Positions 46,874 to 56,002 of a DNA stretch of 64,000 nt are shown piece by piece. The position numbers and the translations under genes are program-made. The stretch is from a virus: positions 32,001 to 96,000 of the IMG/VR virus record IMGVR_UViG_3300005563_000029; one strand, written 5' to 3'. Within the stretch, counting starts at the first letter, position 1, and each line of letters opens with the position of its first letter. Under the pieces are notes generated by a model. The model was not told the DNA's origin and searched no databases. It saw only the letters and a list, made by a program, of their open reading frames with translations.

Positions 46874-46917
46874 TGTAGTGGGTACGCTTGACACTGTAGT
46901 GGGTACCAACTACAGTG
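46874..46917 (+). promoter_or_regulatory. Strong promoter with overlapping operator repeats
   Basis: TTGACA(46888)-N17-TACAGT(46911); TGTAGTGGGTAC twice; inverted CACTGTAGT...ACTACAGTG. Confidence 0.75.
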
Positions 46918-46954
46918 AGAAGTGTCAGAGGGCAGCGAAACCAGGGAGACCGAG

Positions 46955-47155
46955 ATGACCGCCAAGACGATGAAGATCCGGGTGAGCCTGACCGTGGAGA
47001 TCGACCCCGAGACCTGGAGTCACACCTACGGCGACGAGCCCGAGACTCGCGCTGAGTGGGCCGACGAGATCCGCCGCCACATCCTCAACGACATCGCCGG
47101 CTCCTCCGCCGCCGAGGCAGGCGCGATCGTCGAAGTCATCGAAACCCATCACTGA
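46955..47155 (+). CDS. Hypothetical protein
   Basis: RBS GGGAG. Confidence 0.65.
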   Translation: MTAKTMKIRVSLTVEIDPETWSHTYGDEPETRAEWADEIRRHILNDIAGSSAAEAGAIVEVIETHH

Positions 47156-47239
47156 CCCCAAGGCCGAAACGCCTCCGGGCGTCGCGAGGTGGGACCTCGC
47201 CTGACGATGGCCGTCAGATTCAAGAGGGGGAGACCCGAA

Positions 47240-47488
47240 ATGACCACCACGATCGGCTACCGGGCCCGGATCCGCTTCGCCAACGACACCGCCCCGCTGG
47301 CCCGCCTGGTCAGCGACACCCGCGCCCAGTTCGACGCGATCGTCGAGAACGAGACCTTCGAGACGTGCGAGCTGCGCGGCCACACCGTCGCAGAGCTGTT
47401 CCTGCGTACCGATAACCGTGACGGCCAGCCGATCTACGTGTGCGAGTGGTGCGCCGACCACGAGGACGTCAGCCCCTACGAGGACTGA
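47240..47488 (+). CDS. Hypothetical protein
   Basis: RBS GGGGGAG; CxxC. Confidence 0.65.
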   Translation: MTTTIGYRARIRFANDTAPLARLVSDTRAQFDAIVENETFETCELRGHTVAELFLRTDNRDGQPIYVCEWCADHEDVSPYED

Positions 47489-47573
47489 CCTCTGCGACGG
47501 CAACCGGGCTAACCGCCCGGCGGCCGTCATGGAGACCAGGCGTCGACCGTCAACCATCCGAGGGGGAACCGAA

Positions 47574-48047
47574 ATGCTCCAGGGCTATTTGCGCAAGGGT
47601 GAGTCCCGCCCGGCTCTCACCGGCCGCGCCGCACGCCGCTGCGAGGCGCGTTGCCGGGTCCGCAACACCGGCAAACGCCTCAGCCAGTACCAGCGAGCCC
47701 TGATCCTGGTCTGCAACGCTGGACGCATCGACGCCGCCGGCTACATGCGCGCCGTCGGGTTCCACGGCGAGGTTCCCGCCAACGCCCTGGCCGCCGACAT
47801 CGAGTACGAGGTGCGCCGATTCTCCTCGCCGTTCGGCAGGGCCTGCGCCAAGGCGTACCGGGCCAAGTACGGGCGTGAGCCGTACCGCCACTTCCAGGCC
47901 CTGGTCGACGGCGTGTGGCGCCGCGTCATGGCCTACGACGACGTCGCCGACCTGTACGCCGGCGCCCTCAGCTACAAGCGGATGCGCGAGCACCTCGCCA
48001 CCGAACAGAACCTGAGCGCCGACCGGCGCCACCTCGCCAGCGTCTAG
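47574..48047 (+). CDS. Hypothetical protein
   Basis: SPFGRACAKAYRAKYGREP. Confidence 0.7.
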   Translation: MLQGYLRKGESRPALTGRAARRCEARCRVRNTGKRLSQYQRALILVCNAGRIDAAGYMRAVGFHGEVPANALAADIEYEVRRFSSPFGRACAKAYRAKYGREPYRHFQALVDGVWRRVMAYDDVADLYAGALSYKRMREHLATEQNLSADRRHLASV

Positions 48048-48064
48048 CCCCAAAGGAACCCACC

Positions 48065-48271
48065 ATGTCCGAGCCCACCTACGCCCAGACAGTCACCCGC
48101 CTAGCCCGCGAGTGGCGCGCCGCCAGTGTGAACGGAGGTGAGCCGTCCAAGCAGGTGGCCGCCAGAACGTTCGCGCAGCTGGAGGACGCGGCCGAGCGTG
48201 TCGGTATCTCGCAGGACGACGCCACCGACGACCTGTACGACGAAATCAACGCCGGGCCCGTCGCCGTCTGA
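48065..48271 (+). CDS. Hypothetical protein
   Basis: RBS AAGGA. Confidence 0.6.
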   Translation: MSEPTYAQTVTRLAREWRAASVNGGEPSKQVAARTFAQLEDAAERVGISQDDATDDLYDEINAGPVAV

Positions 48272-48286
48272 CCGCTCGGAGGAGCC

Positions 48287-48715
48287 ATGCCTACATACGG
48301 ACCACCCACCCCGCGCCCCTGCGCGTCCTGCCCGTACCGCCGCGACGTGCCGCCCGGCATCTGGGCCCGCGAGGAATACGAGAAGCTTCCCAACTACGAC
48401 GAGCCCACCCCGTTTCAGCCGCCACAGGTCTTCCTGTGCCACCAGCACGACAGCGGCACCGAGCGGGCCCCGGTGTGCGGAGGCTGGGCCGGCTGCCACG
48501 ACGGCGACGAACTGCTGGCGCTGCGGATGGCGGTGTTCGGGGGCTCGATGACGGTCGAGGATGTTGAAGCTGTCCGCGACTACAATTCGCCGGTGCCGCT
48601 GTTCGCATCGGGTGCCGAAGCTGCCGCGCATGGCCTGTCGGCGTTGAGGGCGCCGGGACCGGACGCAGTGAAGGCGATTGGGAAGATCCAGCGGGCGCGG
48701 ACCGACCTACGCTAA
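48287..48715 (+). CDS. DUF6283-family protein
   Basis: PRPCASCPYRRDVPPGIW..EEYEKLPNYD...FLCHQ. Confidence 0.85.
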   Translation: MPTYGPPTPRPCASCPYRRDVPPGIWAREEYEKLPNYDEPTPFQPPQVFLCHQHDSGTERAPVCGGWAGCHDGDELLALRMAVFGGSMTVEDVEAVRDYNSPVPLFASGAEAAAHGLSALRAPGPDAVKAIGKIQRARTDLR

Positions 48716-48726
48716 CCGCCCTCCTC

Positions 48727-48750
48727 AAGCCCCAGCTCCGGCTGGGGCTT
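48727..48750. terminator. Bidirectional terminator hairpin
   Basis: AAGCCCCAGC-TCCG-GCTGGGGCTT between convergent units. Confidence 0.7.
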
Positions 48751-48754
48751 CGTT

Positions 48755-49150
48755 GTACCCGGAAAAGGCGGCGGCCCCCCGCGACGGTATCCATTCGCGA
48801 AGGGCCTGAATGACATAGCAAGTCATTGGTGCCGCCACTTGGTCACACCGATGGCGTTTAAGGACACGGATCAGTCGTAACGACGTCGCGATCTGCCTAT
48901 TGATCTACACCCGCACGAGAAGCGGGTGACAGGGCTCGAACCTGCACCTCGGAGTCATCGTCCGCATCCGCTCGATCCGGCGATCGACGGCGATGCATGA
49001 GCTTGGAGCGAGAACCTGAACCTCAGTGATCCTCGATGCGCCTCTACCAATTGGGCTACCGCAGGTCGAAGTCCTGCGAGGAGGGCTCGAACCTCCAACC
49101 TCACCGAGCAACCGTCAGCCTCAGTCTCAACCTCAGCTTGTGCTCGCCGC
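48755..49150 (-). ncRNA. Large structured RNA with two circularly permuted tRNA-like (YrlA-type) modules
   Basis: Module 1 (49108-49032) and module 2 (48962-48880): T arm, then acceptor-like stem closed by a 7-nt loop, then D arm. Confidence 0.8.
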
Positions 49151-49163
49151 CGATCCTACCGGA

Positions 49164-49898
49164 TCACGCGAACAGGTACCCGAACACGTCCTCGCCAACG
49201 CGCTGGTCCGTGACCTCGAAGCCGTTGGCTTCCTCGCGGGCGAACTTCACGGCGTGCGCCAGCTTCTCCACCCGCGCCTCCAACTCGTGCACCCGCTCGG
49301 CCGGCAGGGCCCCGGAGAACTTCGTCGTGGTCCAGGTGCCGACGGTCACGTCCTCGAAGTACACCTCGACCTGCGCCGGGTGCTTCTCGGTGGCCTCGGC
49401 CTTGACGTGGTTGCGCGGCACCTTCCGGGTACGCATCGTGCGGACCGGCTCGGTGCGCCACGCGTCGGTCGACGGGTCGTGCGTCCACGACTCGGACGCG
49501 TCGAGGACCGGCAGCTTCTTGATGAACGTCGCCAGGTCCGTCAGCTGCTTCTCCAGGAACAGCAGGTACGTGACTGGGGCGCCGTGGATCAGGATCTGCC
49601 CGTCGACCACCACGTCCGCGACCGCGGCGCAGTTGGCCCAGTCCTTGGTGGCGGTGACATCGAACAGCCGGGTCAGGTTCGCCGCGGCGCCGGCGAGGAT
49701 CTTCTCCACCGACAACTGCACCCGCGTGGACTCCGGCGGCAGCTGCTCACCTTCCTCGTCCTTCGGCTGGTAGACCCGGGAGATACCGGACAGCAGCGCC
49801 TGCTTCTGCACGTCGTGGTGCGCGGCGGTCAGGTCCGCGTAGGACTTGGACTTCACGCCCTTCTCTACGGCGATGATTTGATTCAGCTTGGTGCCCAT
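49164..49898 (-). CDS. DUF7873-like conserved protein
   Basis: KLNQIIAVEKGVKS...YLLFLEKQL...KAEATEKHPAQVEVY...KFSGALP...AVKFAREEAN (family name recalled). Confidence 0.88.
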   Translation of the reverse strand: MGTKLNQIIAVEKGVKSKSYADLTAAHHDVQKQALLSGISRVYQPKDEEGEQLPPESTRVQLSVEKILAGAAANLTRLFDVTATKDWANCAAVADVVVDGQILIHGAPVTYLLFLEKQLTDLATFIKKLPVLDASESWTHDPSTDAWRTEPVRTMRTRKVPRNHVKAEATEKHPAQVEVYFEDVTVGTWTTTKFSGALPAERVHELEARVEKLAHAVKFAREEANGFEVTDQRVGEDVFGYLFA

Positions 49899-50244
49899 GC
49901 CTGAAGTTCCCTTCACGGGGGTTCTGTGGGTTCAAGGCAGGTTACGCCGAAGATTGTTCGGACGTTGGGTCCATTGCCGAATCGTGTTCTGGATCGAGCG
50001 AATTCAGCAGCTCCGGGACCCCGCATGTGCACGGCCGGGCGGTGCCGCCGATGTACATACACCTGTCCAAGTGGGCCTCCTCCGCGCACAACACCAGATC
50101 CTCCAGCGTCAACAACGGCAGCCGGGGAAGACGCGGCAGGATCGGCGGGTCGGCATCAGGCACCGTCACAGGGTGACGCACAGCACTGACACAATCGGGT
50201 GAACGTCCGACCGTCGCAGGTCACGATGCCTGAGACTGTCGTCC

Positions 50245-50793
50245 GTGACCGACCTTAGCGCCGCCTATATCGCGGCCGGCTCCGCGCTCGGGGCATCGAC
50301 CTTGACCCTTTTCGGGACCTACGGCCTCGAACGAGTACGCGAACGCCGTAACGCAAAAGGAGCCCGCAGCGCGGCTAAGCTCGCCATCTACACCGACCTG
50401 CTCACCTCGACCGCCAGCGTCATCCGGGCGTTCGCGTCCATGCGATCCTTCAGCGACTTCTCGTCAAAGTGGCTCTTCGGTTGGCGCCAGTTGACGAAGA
50501 CGGCGCCAGCGCAGCCCGCATACATGGACGTCGTCGCTGTGCTAGAGGAGCCGACAGGCCGGCTGATGGACGCCTGGTCTCGGGCGCTGCTGCTGTTCGA
50601 CCAGGACGAAATCGACGCGGTGAACAAGCTGATGTCGGCGGCACAGCAGTTCGACTTGTCGGTGCCGCCGAACGACACGAACTCGATGGAGACGCTGCTA
50701 GGTGCGGCACGCCGGGAGTTCGCAGAGTTCGCACGCGTCAAGCTGGGGGAGTCGGCGGCGCGGGTCGGCTTGCCTCCCGCCGACAAGGAATGA
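50245..50793 (+). CDS. Membrane-anchored hypothetical protein (lone plus-strand gene)
   Basis: N-terminal TM then helical bundle. Confidence 0.7.
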   Translation: MTDLSAAYIAAGSALGASTLTLFGTYGLERVRERRNAKGARSAAKLAIYTDLLTSTASVIRAFASMRSFSDFSSKWLFGWRQLTKTAPAQPAYMDVVAVLEEPTGRLMDAWSRALLLFDQDEIDAVNKLMSAAQQFDLSVPPNDTNSMETLLGAARREFAEFARVKLGESAARVGLPPADKE

Positions 50794-51151
50794 TCTCCCG
50801 CCCAACGCAGCCGCATGGCCAGAACGTCAGCTGCGCCTCGGGCAATGCCCGATCCCAGTCCGTCTGCTGGCCGCGGAACACGGTCACGTAGTGCTCGTTC
50901 ACCGACTCCACTACAGAGCCACATAGCGGGCAGCGCCAAGCAAACGGGGGTGCGAACAGCGTGTCCAGCGGATGGAGTAGCGGAGGCGGCAGGTAGTCGC
51001 CGGGCACGAACAGCACGCACGGGCCGGGGTGCTGCCACAACAGGCCGCACGGCCCGTACTCGCGGCGCCAGCGCCAACGGTCCCAGTACTTCCGTTGGCT
51101 AGCAGCAATTCGGGGGCACGGGCTGTCGAGTGGCAGGTCTAGCGGGCGCAC
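50738..51151 (-). CDS. Hypothetical Cys-rich protein
   Basis: CPLCG...FWPCGC. Confidence 0.55.
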   Translation of the reverse strand: MRPLDLPLDSPCPRIAASQRKYWDRWRWRREYGPCGLLWQHPGPCVLFVPGDYLPPPLLHPLDTLFAPPFAWRCPLCGSVVESVNEHYVTVFRGQQTDWDRALPEAQLTFWPCGCVGREIIPCRREASRPAPPTPPA

Positions 51152-52119
51152 TATCGCCGGGATTCCTCTGCCTGCGGCATCACCGCGGCCATCGCGCGCT
51201 CCAGCGGCCAGCCCCCGACATCATCAAGCTGCGCGGTCAGCTCGATCGCGGCCTCGACGAGAGTCCGCTGTCGGTCGCGACCCATCTCTGCGAACTGCCG
51301 CCCCAGCGGATCCGGCATCCAACGCGGCCGGTTCAGGATCACCTCGGGGTCGATCTGCTGCGCCCGGATGTCGCGCCACGGAAGCACGTCCCCCACAGAC
51401 AGCGGCTCGTAGCCGTACATCTCAAACAAGCGGACGCGATGCTGAAGGCACCCGATGGCGTCGTCGAAGCCGTAGGCCACAAGCTGCGCTTCATCAAAGA
51501 TCGCCTGAGCCCGCTCGCGCGACATCCCAATCGTCGCCGCCCGGCTCAGCAGCGCCTCGTAGCGGGTGGCCTCGCCTATGGAGTACCTGCCGAGCAGCCC
51601 GACATCTAGACCGAGCGCGTCAACGTTCCTGCCATGCATCAAAAAAGTGCCGATCTTCTGGTGCGCGCGCACCAGCTCCACCATCTCGCGCATGCGGCGG
51701 CGCGGCACTTCCTCTGTCTTCCAGCCGCACTGACACGTGCCCTGAATCGTGGCGCTAATCCGATTCTCGCTGATCCCGAAATCGCAACCCACAGGCCAGT
51801 CGTCGGTGCCGGCGATCACCTGTATCGGCGGCTCGAAACGCACCCAGTACTCCACCTTCTCTGGATCCGGGTGAGGCCTGCCACTGGACCAGCCGACGTG
51901 AAGGGGCTGCATATCCCGGTCGTAGACGCGGCGGACGCGGTACACCGTGCGGTCCGGAACGTCAAACGTCATCGTGTCGATGGAACTGAAGTCCCGCACC
52001 ATGCGGCCGAGATCCGGCCACGACGTGAGTATGTAGCTGGAGGCCCAGTCCGAGTTGAAACGGACCCGCTGGCCGGCGCCGGGACCGTCAACGAGGATCA
52101 ACTCTGCCGTGTCATTCAT
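51151..52119 (-). CDS. Hypothetical protein
   Basis: LVDGPGAGQ...CQCGW. Confidence 0.65.
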   Translation of the reverse strand: MNDTAELILVDGPGAGQRVRFNSDWASSYILTSWPDLGRMVRDFSSIDTMTFDVPDRTVYRVRRVYDRDMQPLHVGWSSGRPHPDPEKVEYWVRFEPPIQVIAGTDDWPVGCDFGISENRISATIQGTCQCGWKTEEVPRRRMREMVELVRAHQKIGTFLMHGRNVDALGLDVGLLGRYSIGEATRYEALLSRAATIGMSRERAQAIFDEAQLVAYGFDDAIGCLQHRVRLFEMYGYEPLSVGDVLPWRDIRAQQIDPEVILNRPRWMPDPLGRQFAEMGRDRQRTLVEAAIELTAQLDDVGGWPLERAMAAVMPQAEESRR

Positions 52120-52387
52120 TGCTCGGCCAGCGACCATCGGGATCCTTCTGTTCGGCAGGAACGTCAGCCCACACCCGGTCACGCCATGCCCGCGACAGGT
52201 AGGGCGTCGGCGGCTCGTCGCACATCGGCAGCCAGACTGTGGCCCGCCCACAGGACGACATCCACGATTCTTCGAAGAAGATCCCTATCCCATCCTCCGA
52301 ATAGCTCCAGTGGCCTCGCACTGGTGCGCGCTGCTCGGCGCGCCGCCGCTTCGCCTCAGCCCACTTTCGCAGGTTACGCCTAGTCAT
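52112..52387 (-). CDS. Hypothetical protein
   Basis: Coupled ORF. Confidence 0.55.
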   Translation of the reverse strand: MTRRNLRKWAEAKRRRAEQRAPVRGHWSYSEDGIGIFFEESWMSSCGRATVWLPMCDEPPTPYLSRAWRDRVWADVPAEQKDPDGRWPSNE

Positions 52388-52805
52388 GTGCCGTTCCCGA
52401 GCCCCCAACAGGTCCGACGACAACGGCAACCGCACGGAACGTGGCACATTCCCACGGCGCCGGCTTTGCCTCTTCATAGTTCTCACTGGTCATGCATTCG
52501 GTGCACTCGATCAAGTCGTAACCGACCACAGGCCGGTGCAGCTCCAAAACTGCAACGCCAACCAAGTTCCCGGCCTCAGCAAGAACAGCACGCACAGCCC
52601 GCCACCGGCCCGTAGCCGCCTCGATCGCCCCGGCAAGACGTGCCGCAAGCTCCCGGGCCTCGATCGCGGCCAGCAGCCGTTGCTGGGCGCGTTCAGCCCC
52701 CGTCGGGAAGAGATTCAGCCGCGGGAGTACCAGCTGCGGCGGCAGCACCAGATCGAACGGCTTGATCCCCGTCGAGATAACCGGTTCCGGCGTGTCCTCG
52801 GTCAT
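52380..52805 (-). CDS. Hypothetical Zn-binding protein
   Basis: VLELHRP...CTEC...WECAT. Confidence 0.65.
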   Translation of the reverse strand: MTEDTPEPVISTGIKPFDLVLPPQLVLPRLNLFPTGAERAQQRLLAAIEARELAARLAGAIEAATGRWRAVRAVLAEAGNLVGVAVLELHRPVVGYDLIECTECMTSENYEEAKPAPWECATFRAVAVVVGPVGGSGTAHD

Positions 52806-53110
52806 TGATCACCGCCCAAAGCACGCCGCTTCATTCGCTGCTCCCGCAGTTCAGCACCAACCACCGCCATGTCCAGCTCGACCGGCTCCGTAGATGCCGT
52901 CGTGATCTGTCGGTGTGCGACCCTGGCGCTGTGCGCGCCGTCAGCCAGTGCCAAGTGGTACGCGCGGTTCACCATGACGATGCTGTCGAAGTGCACGAAG
53001 TGCGTCCACGGAGGACCCTCAACAAGCCTGTAGATAACTGCCTCGCCTTCGAATCGGACCTTGTCGTCGTCGGATTCGTACTCCAGCAGGTAGTCGTCGC
53101 GGATGCTCAT
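52802..53110 (-). CDS. Hypothetical protein
   Basis: ATGA overlap. Confidence 0.6.
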   Translation of the reverse strand: MSIRDDYLLEYESDDDKVRFEGEAVIYRLVEGPPWTHFVHFDSIVMVNRAYHLALADGAHSARVAHRQITTASTEPVELDMAVVGAELREQRMKRRALGGDQ

Positions 53111-53490
53111 AGCTCACTCCGCAGCCGCTCCACCCGCTGTCGGCTCCAGCAGCGATGCCGCTGTGTCAACTCCTCAACCGCTGCGCGAAGCGATCCAGAC
53201 TCCGCATCCAGGCTCGCAGCCAGCAGGCGCACCCAGTCAACGGTGACCCACTGTGCATGCAGGTGCATGCAGCCGGTCACGCTCTTCTCTCGCGGCGGAC
53301 AACCCACCTCGACCAGTGGGTACGAGTACCGACCCACGAGCAGATCGCAGTTCACATGCTCGGCCATGTCGTTGAACCGGCCCGGGTCGCCGGCGCGCTC
53401 GACAGCCTCGGCGGCGGTGTTCCAGCCTTCCCCGTCAACAACGATCGCCGGATCATGAGATACGCACAGGACGTGGTAGGTGCTGCTCAC
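53107..53490 (-). CDS. Conserved actinophage hypothetical protein
   Basis: MSSTYHVLCVSHDPA...GRYSYPLVEVGCP. Confidence 0.75.
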   Translation of the reverse strand: MSSTYHVLCVSHDPAIVVDGEGWNTAAEAVERAGDPGRFNDMAEHVNCDLLVGRYSYPLVEVGCPPREKSVTGCMHLHAQWVTVDWVRLLAASLDAESGSLRAAVEELTQRHRCWSRQRVERLRSEL

Positions 53491-53690
53491 CCCTCGGCTC
53501 CCTTTGTGTCCTGCACAGCCTGGATCTCCACTCGCACCTGCTGAATGCCGCCGCCGAACGAGATGCGGACCTTCGGAACCGAGTTGCCGTTGGCGCCATC
53601 ATCACGCGCTGCGGTCAGAACCTCCTCGAGCTCGGCCAGCGTCATGACCTTGCCGGAGGCCTCATAGGCCAGGGTCTTCTTCCCGCGCAT
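53487..53690 (-). CDS. Hypothetical protein
   Basis: TGATG overlap. Confidence 0.6.
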   Translation of the reverse strand: MRGKKTLAYEASGKVMTLAELEEVLTAARDDGANGNSVPKVRISFGGGIQQVRVEIQAVQDTKGAEG

Positions 53691-53929
53691 CAGGACTCCT
53701 CGCTGCCGTACAGCTCGAACACGACCTTCACGGGCCCGTAGTTCCCGGCGACCTTCGTCCACGACTCCGGGTCGTGCCGGTCCGGATTCGTAAGCTGCGC
53801 CATCGTGAACCAGTTGCACGCCGCGCCCATGTGGGTGGCGTCGCGCCACCACTGCTGGCCGTCTTCGCACTCAACGATCGTTCCTTCGCCCGGCTCGGGG
53901 TCCGCGGAGGTCAGCCACTGCTCAGCCAT
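53690..53929 (-). CDS. Hypothetical protein
   Basis: DPESWTKVAGNYGPV. Confidence 0.6.
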   Translation of the reverse strand: MAEQWLTSADPEPGEGTIVECEDGQQWWRDATHMGAACNWFTMAQLTNPDRHDPESWTKVAGNYGPVKVVFELYGSEES

Positions 53930-54101
53930 CCAGCGCCTCCAGTGCTTCGTGCACTGCCACCAGCTGATCGGATGGGTCTGCGCCATCAATCTCACAGTCT
54001 GAAATGGCGCGCTGAACAAGCTGCTGCAGCAGCCGGAACCCGGGCCCGTCGACCTCGAGCGTTGTTCGGATCACTTACCCGAATGATCGTCTTGTGTTCC
54101 A

Positions 54102-54428
54102 TCACGGCCGGGCGCCCGCCTTGCTCGGCCACGTGTTGCCATCCTCGTCGCCGTGGTCTCCGAGGTGTCCGCGCTCAAGCTCGCAGAACTCGCTGTCGTC
54201 GTCCTCGTAGCCACACACGACAAGCACGTCATGCCGCCGGAACGCCTCAACGATCGCCAGGTCGTCCTTGAACTCATCCAGCGACTCGTCCTCCGTGTCC
54301 CAGTCGCCGTCCTGAAGCACACCAATCAGCTTGTCGCAGACGAGCAGCTTCAGCTCGTCGCTCGCTCCGTGATCAATCAGCGCCTGAGCGATGGGGTCGA
54401 AGATGCCGTTCGCGCTAGACCAGCCCAT
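54102..54428 (-). CDS. Hypothetical protein
   Basis: MGWSSANGIFD...DWDTEDESL. Confidence 0.7.
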   Translation of the reverse strand: MGWSSANGIFDPIAQALIDHGASDELKLLVCDKLIGVLQDGDWDTEDESLDEFKDDLAIVEAFRRHDVLVVCGYEDDDSEFCELERGHLGDHGDEDGNTWPSKAGARP

Positions 54429-54437
54429 GACGTTCTC

Positions 54438-54731
54438 CTACTGCTTCGGGCACGTCGGGTCCGGCTGCGCAGTCATCGCCGCGTAGGAGCCGTCCTGGTG
54501 GAACGCCACGAACACCCGGAAGCCGTGATGGTCGCACTTCTCCGACCAGTTGCTGAACCCGTCGGCGTTGTCGTACAGCTCGACCGGCGACCTGTCTCGC
54601 GTCGAGGTCGGGGCGTCGCGGAACTGTTCCTGCTGCTTCTGCGAACAACCCGAGACGCCGATGACGAACAGCACCGCCGCGACTGCGGCAAGCACGAGAA
54701 TGGCGGTGCGGCGGCTGATGGTGACAGTCAT
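54438..54731 (-). CDS. Lipoprotein
   Basis: Lipobox VSGC; DGFSNWSEKCD. Confidence 0.7.
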   Translation of the reverse strand: MTVTISRRTAILVLAAVAAVLFVIGVSGCSQKQQEQFRDAPTSTRDRSPVELYDNADGFSNWSEKCDHHGFRVFVAFHQDGSYAAMTAQPDPTCPKQ

Positions 54732-54913
54732 TGTGAGCTTCCTTCATGGTTGGTGTTGGTCGTGAGGGTGCGCTCCAGCGCGCTGTTGAGCAAGTCGATC
54801 TCTCTGCGCAGCTCTGCTGCGGCGTCCCGGATGTCGGCCTTGCTGAACCTGCCGGGGAACTTCAGCATGAAGTCGATCTCCCGCATGCGGACGGGGCTGA
54901 TCCGGTCAGGCAT
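54728..54913 (-). CDS. Hypothetical protein
   Basis: Coupled ORF. Confidence 0.5.
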   Translation of the reverse strand: MPDRISPVRMREIDFMLKFPGRFSKADIRDAAAELRREIDLLNSALERTLTTNTNHEGSSQ

Positions 54914-55289
54914 CGCTCGCCAGTGACCGCAGCCGCTTGTACTCGGCATTACCGGCCGCGCGGGCCGCGGCCAGGGCATCCGTCAGCGTCCTCACTGGCA
55001 CGTCGTGACCGTCGGAGGCGTGCGCGAGGTCGAGCAGGAACTTCTCCAGCACCAGGTACGCAGCCGAGCGGCACAGCAACGGCTCCATCTGCCGGCGCTG
55101 CTCGGCCACCAGGTTCTGAGCGCGCTGAAGCTCGGCTTCCTTCGCCTGGATGCGTTCGTCGGCGGCTCTCGCGTGCTGCACGCCGTACTTCGCCCCGATC
55201 GTCTGGGCCTCGGCGGTGATGTACTGCTTGAGGTTCGCCGCGGTCTTCTCCACGCTGCGGGCGAGTTCCTGAACATCAACTTCAGGCAT
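54906..55289 (-). CDS. Coiled-coil hypothetical protein
   Basis: Coupled ORF. Confidence 0.65.
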   Translation of the reverse strand: MPEVDVQELARSVEKTAANLKQYITAEAQTIGAKYGVQHARAADERIQAKEAELQRAQNLVAEQRRQMEPLLCRSAAYLVLEKFLLDLAHASDGHDVPVRTLTDALAAARAAGNAEYKRLRSLASDA

Positions 55290-55593
55290 CCTCGGGCTCC
55301 TGCTCGATGATGGCGGCGCACAGCCGCTTCACCCCGTCTTCAAGGTGGAAGGCCTCATAGCGCCACCCCTGACGCCGATCCAGCACGGCAATCAGGTCGC
55401 GAACGGGCACTACGTGCTCGCGAAGCATGGACTCCCGGCCTTGGAGTCGTTCTGCCTCAGCCAGCAGCTCGCTGACCATGCATGCCGGGCAGTGGTCATC
55501 GCAGGCCCCGAGCACAACAAGGTGCTGGAAGTCGGTTCGCCGGGCGATCGTGCGGATCTCTGCTAGCCGCGCGTCCGTCATCGCCTCAGTCAT
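55282..55593 (-). CDS. Hypothetical protein
   Basis: MTDARLAEIR...ELLAEAERL. Confidence 0.65.
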   Translation of the reverse strand: MTEAMTDARLAEIRTIARRTDFQHLVVLGACDDHCPACMVSELLAEAERLQGRESMLREHVVPVRDLIAVLDRRQGWRYEAFHLEDGVKRLCAAIIEQEPEDA

Positions 55594-55696
55594 CGCCGTT
55601 TCCCGCCGTCGTAGGCGGTAGTAACCGCGAACACCACAACGACGATCAAGGCGACCGCAACGATCACGATCAAGATGGCGTTTGCCAACAGGTCGC

Positions 55697-56002
55697 TCAC
55701 TGCCATTCCCCTTCCAGCGCCTCGGCGACCGTGAGCCGCCCGTCGGCCCCCACGTTGAACGTGCCGTCGCCGGCGAACAGGGACTTGATGTCCGCGAGCG
55801 GCAGCTGGTCAGGCCTTATCCAGCAGCTGCACAGGTCGGCGGCGCTGCACATCTCGCCGCAGGCCTCGCAGCGCCACGGCGGGCACTGGCCGCAGTGTTC
55901 GGCGGGGGTCGGGTCGGGCGTGGCCCCGTCTGGTGTCGGCGTGATGGCGCCGCAGCCGAGGCAGATGCCGGGCTGGGGTGTCTCGTTCTCGCTCGCGATC
56001 AC
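55697..56002 (-). CDS. Cys-rich hypothetical protein
   Basis: CLGCG, CGQCPPWRCEACG. Confidence 0.6.
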   Translation of the reverse strand: MIASENETPQPGICLGCGAITPTPDGATPDPTPAEHCGQCPPWRCEACGEMCSAADLCSCWIRPDQLPLADIKSLFAGDGTFNVGADGRLTVAEALEGEWQ

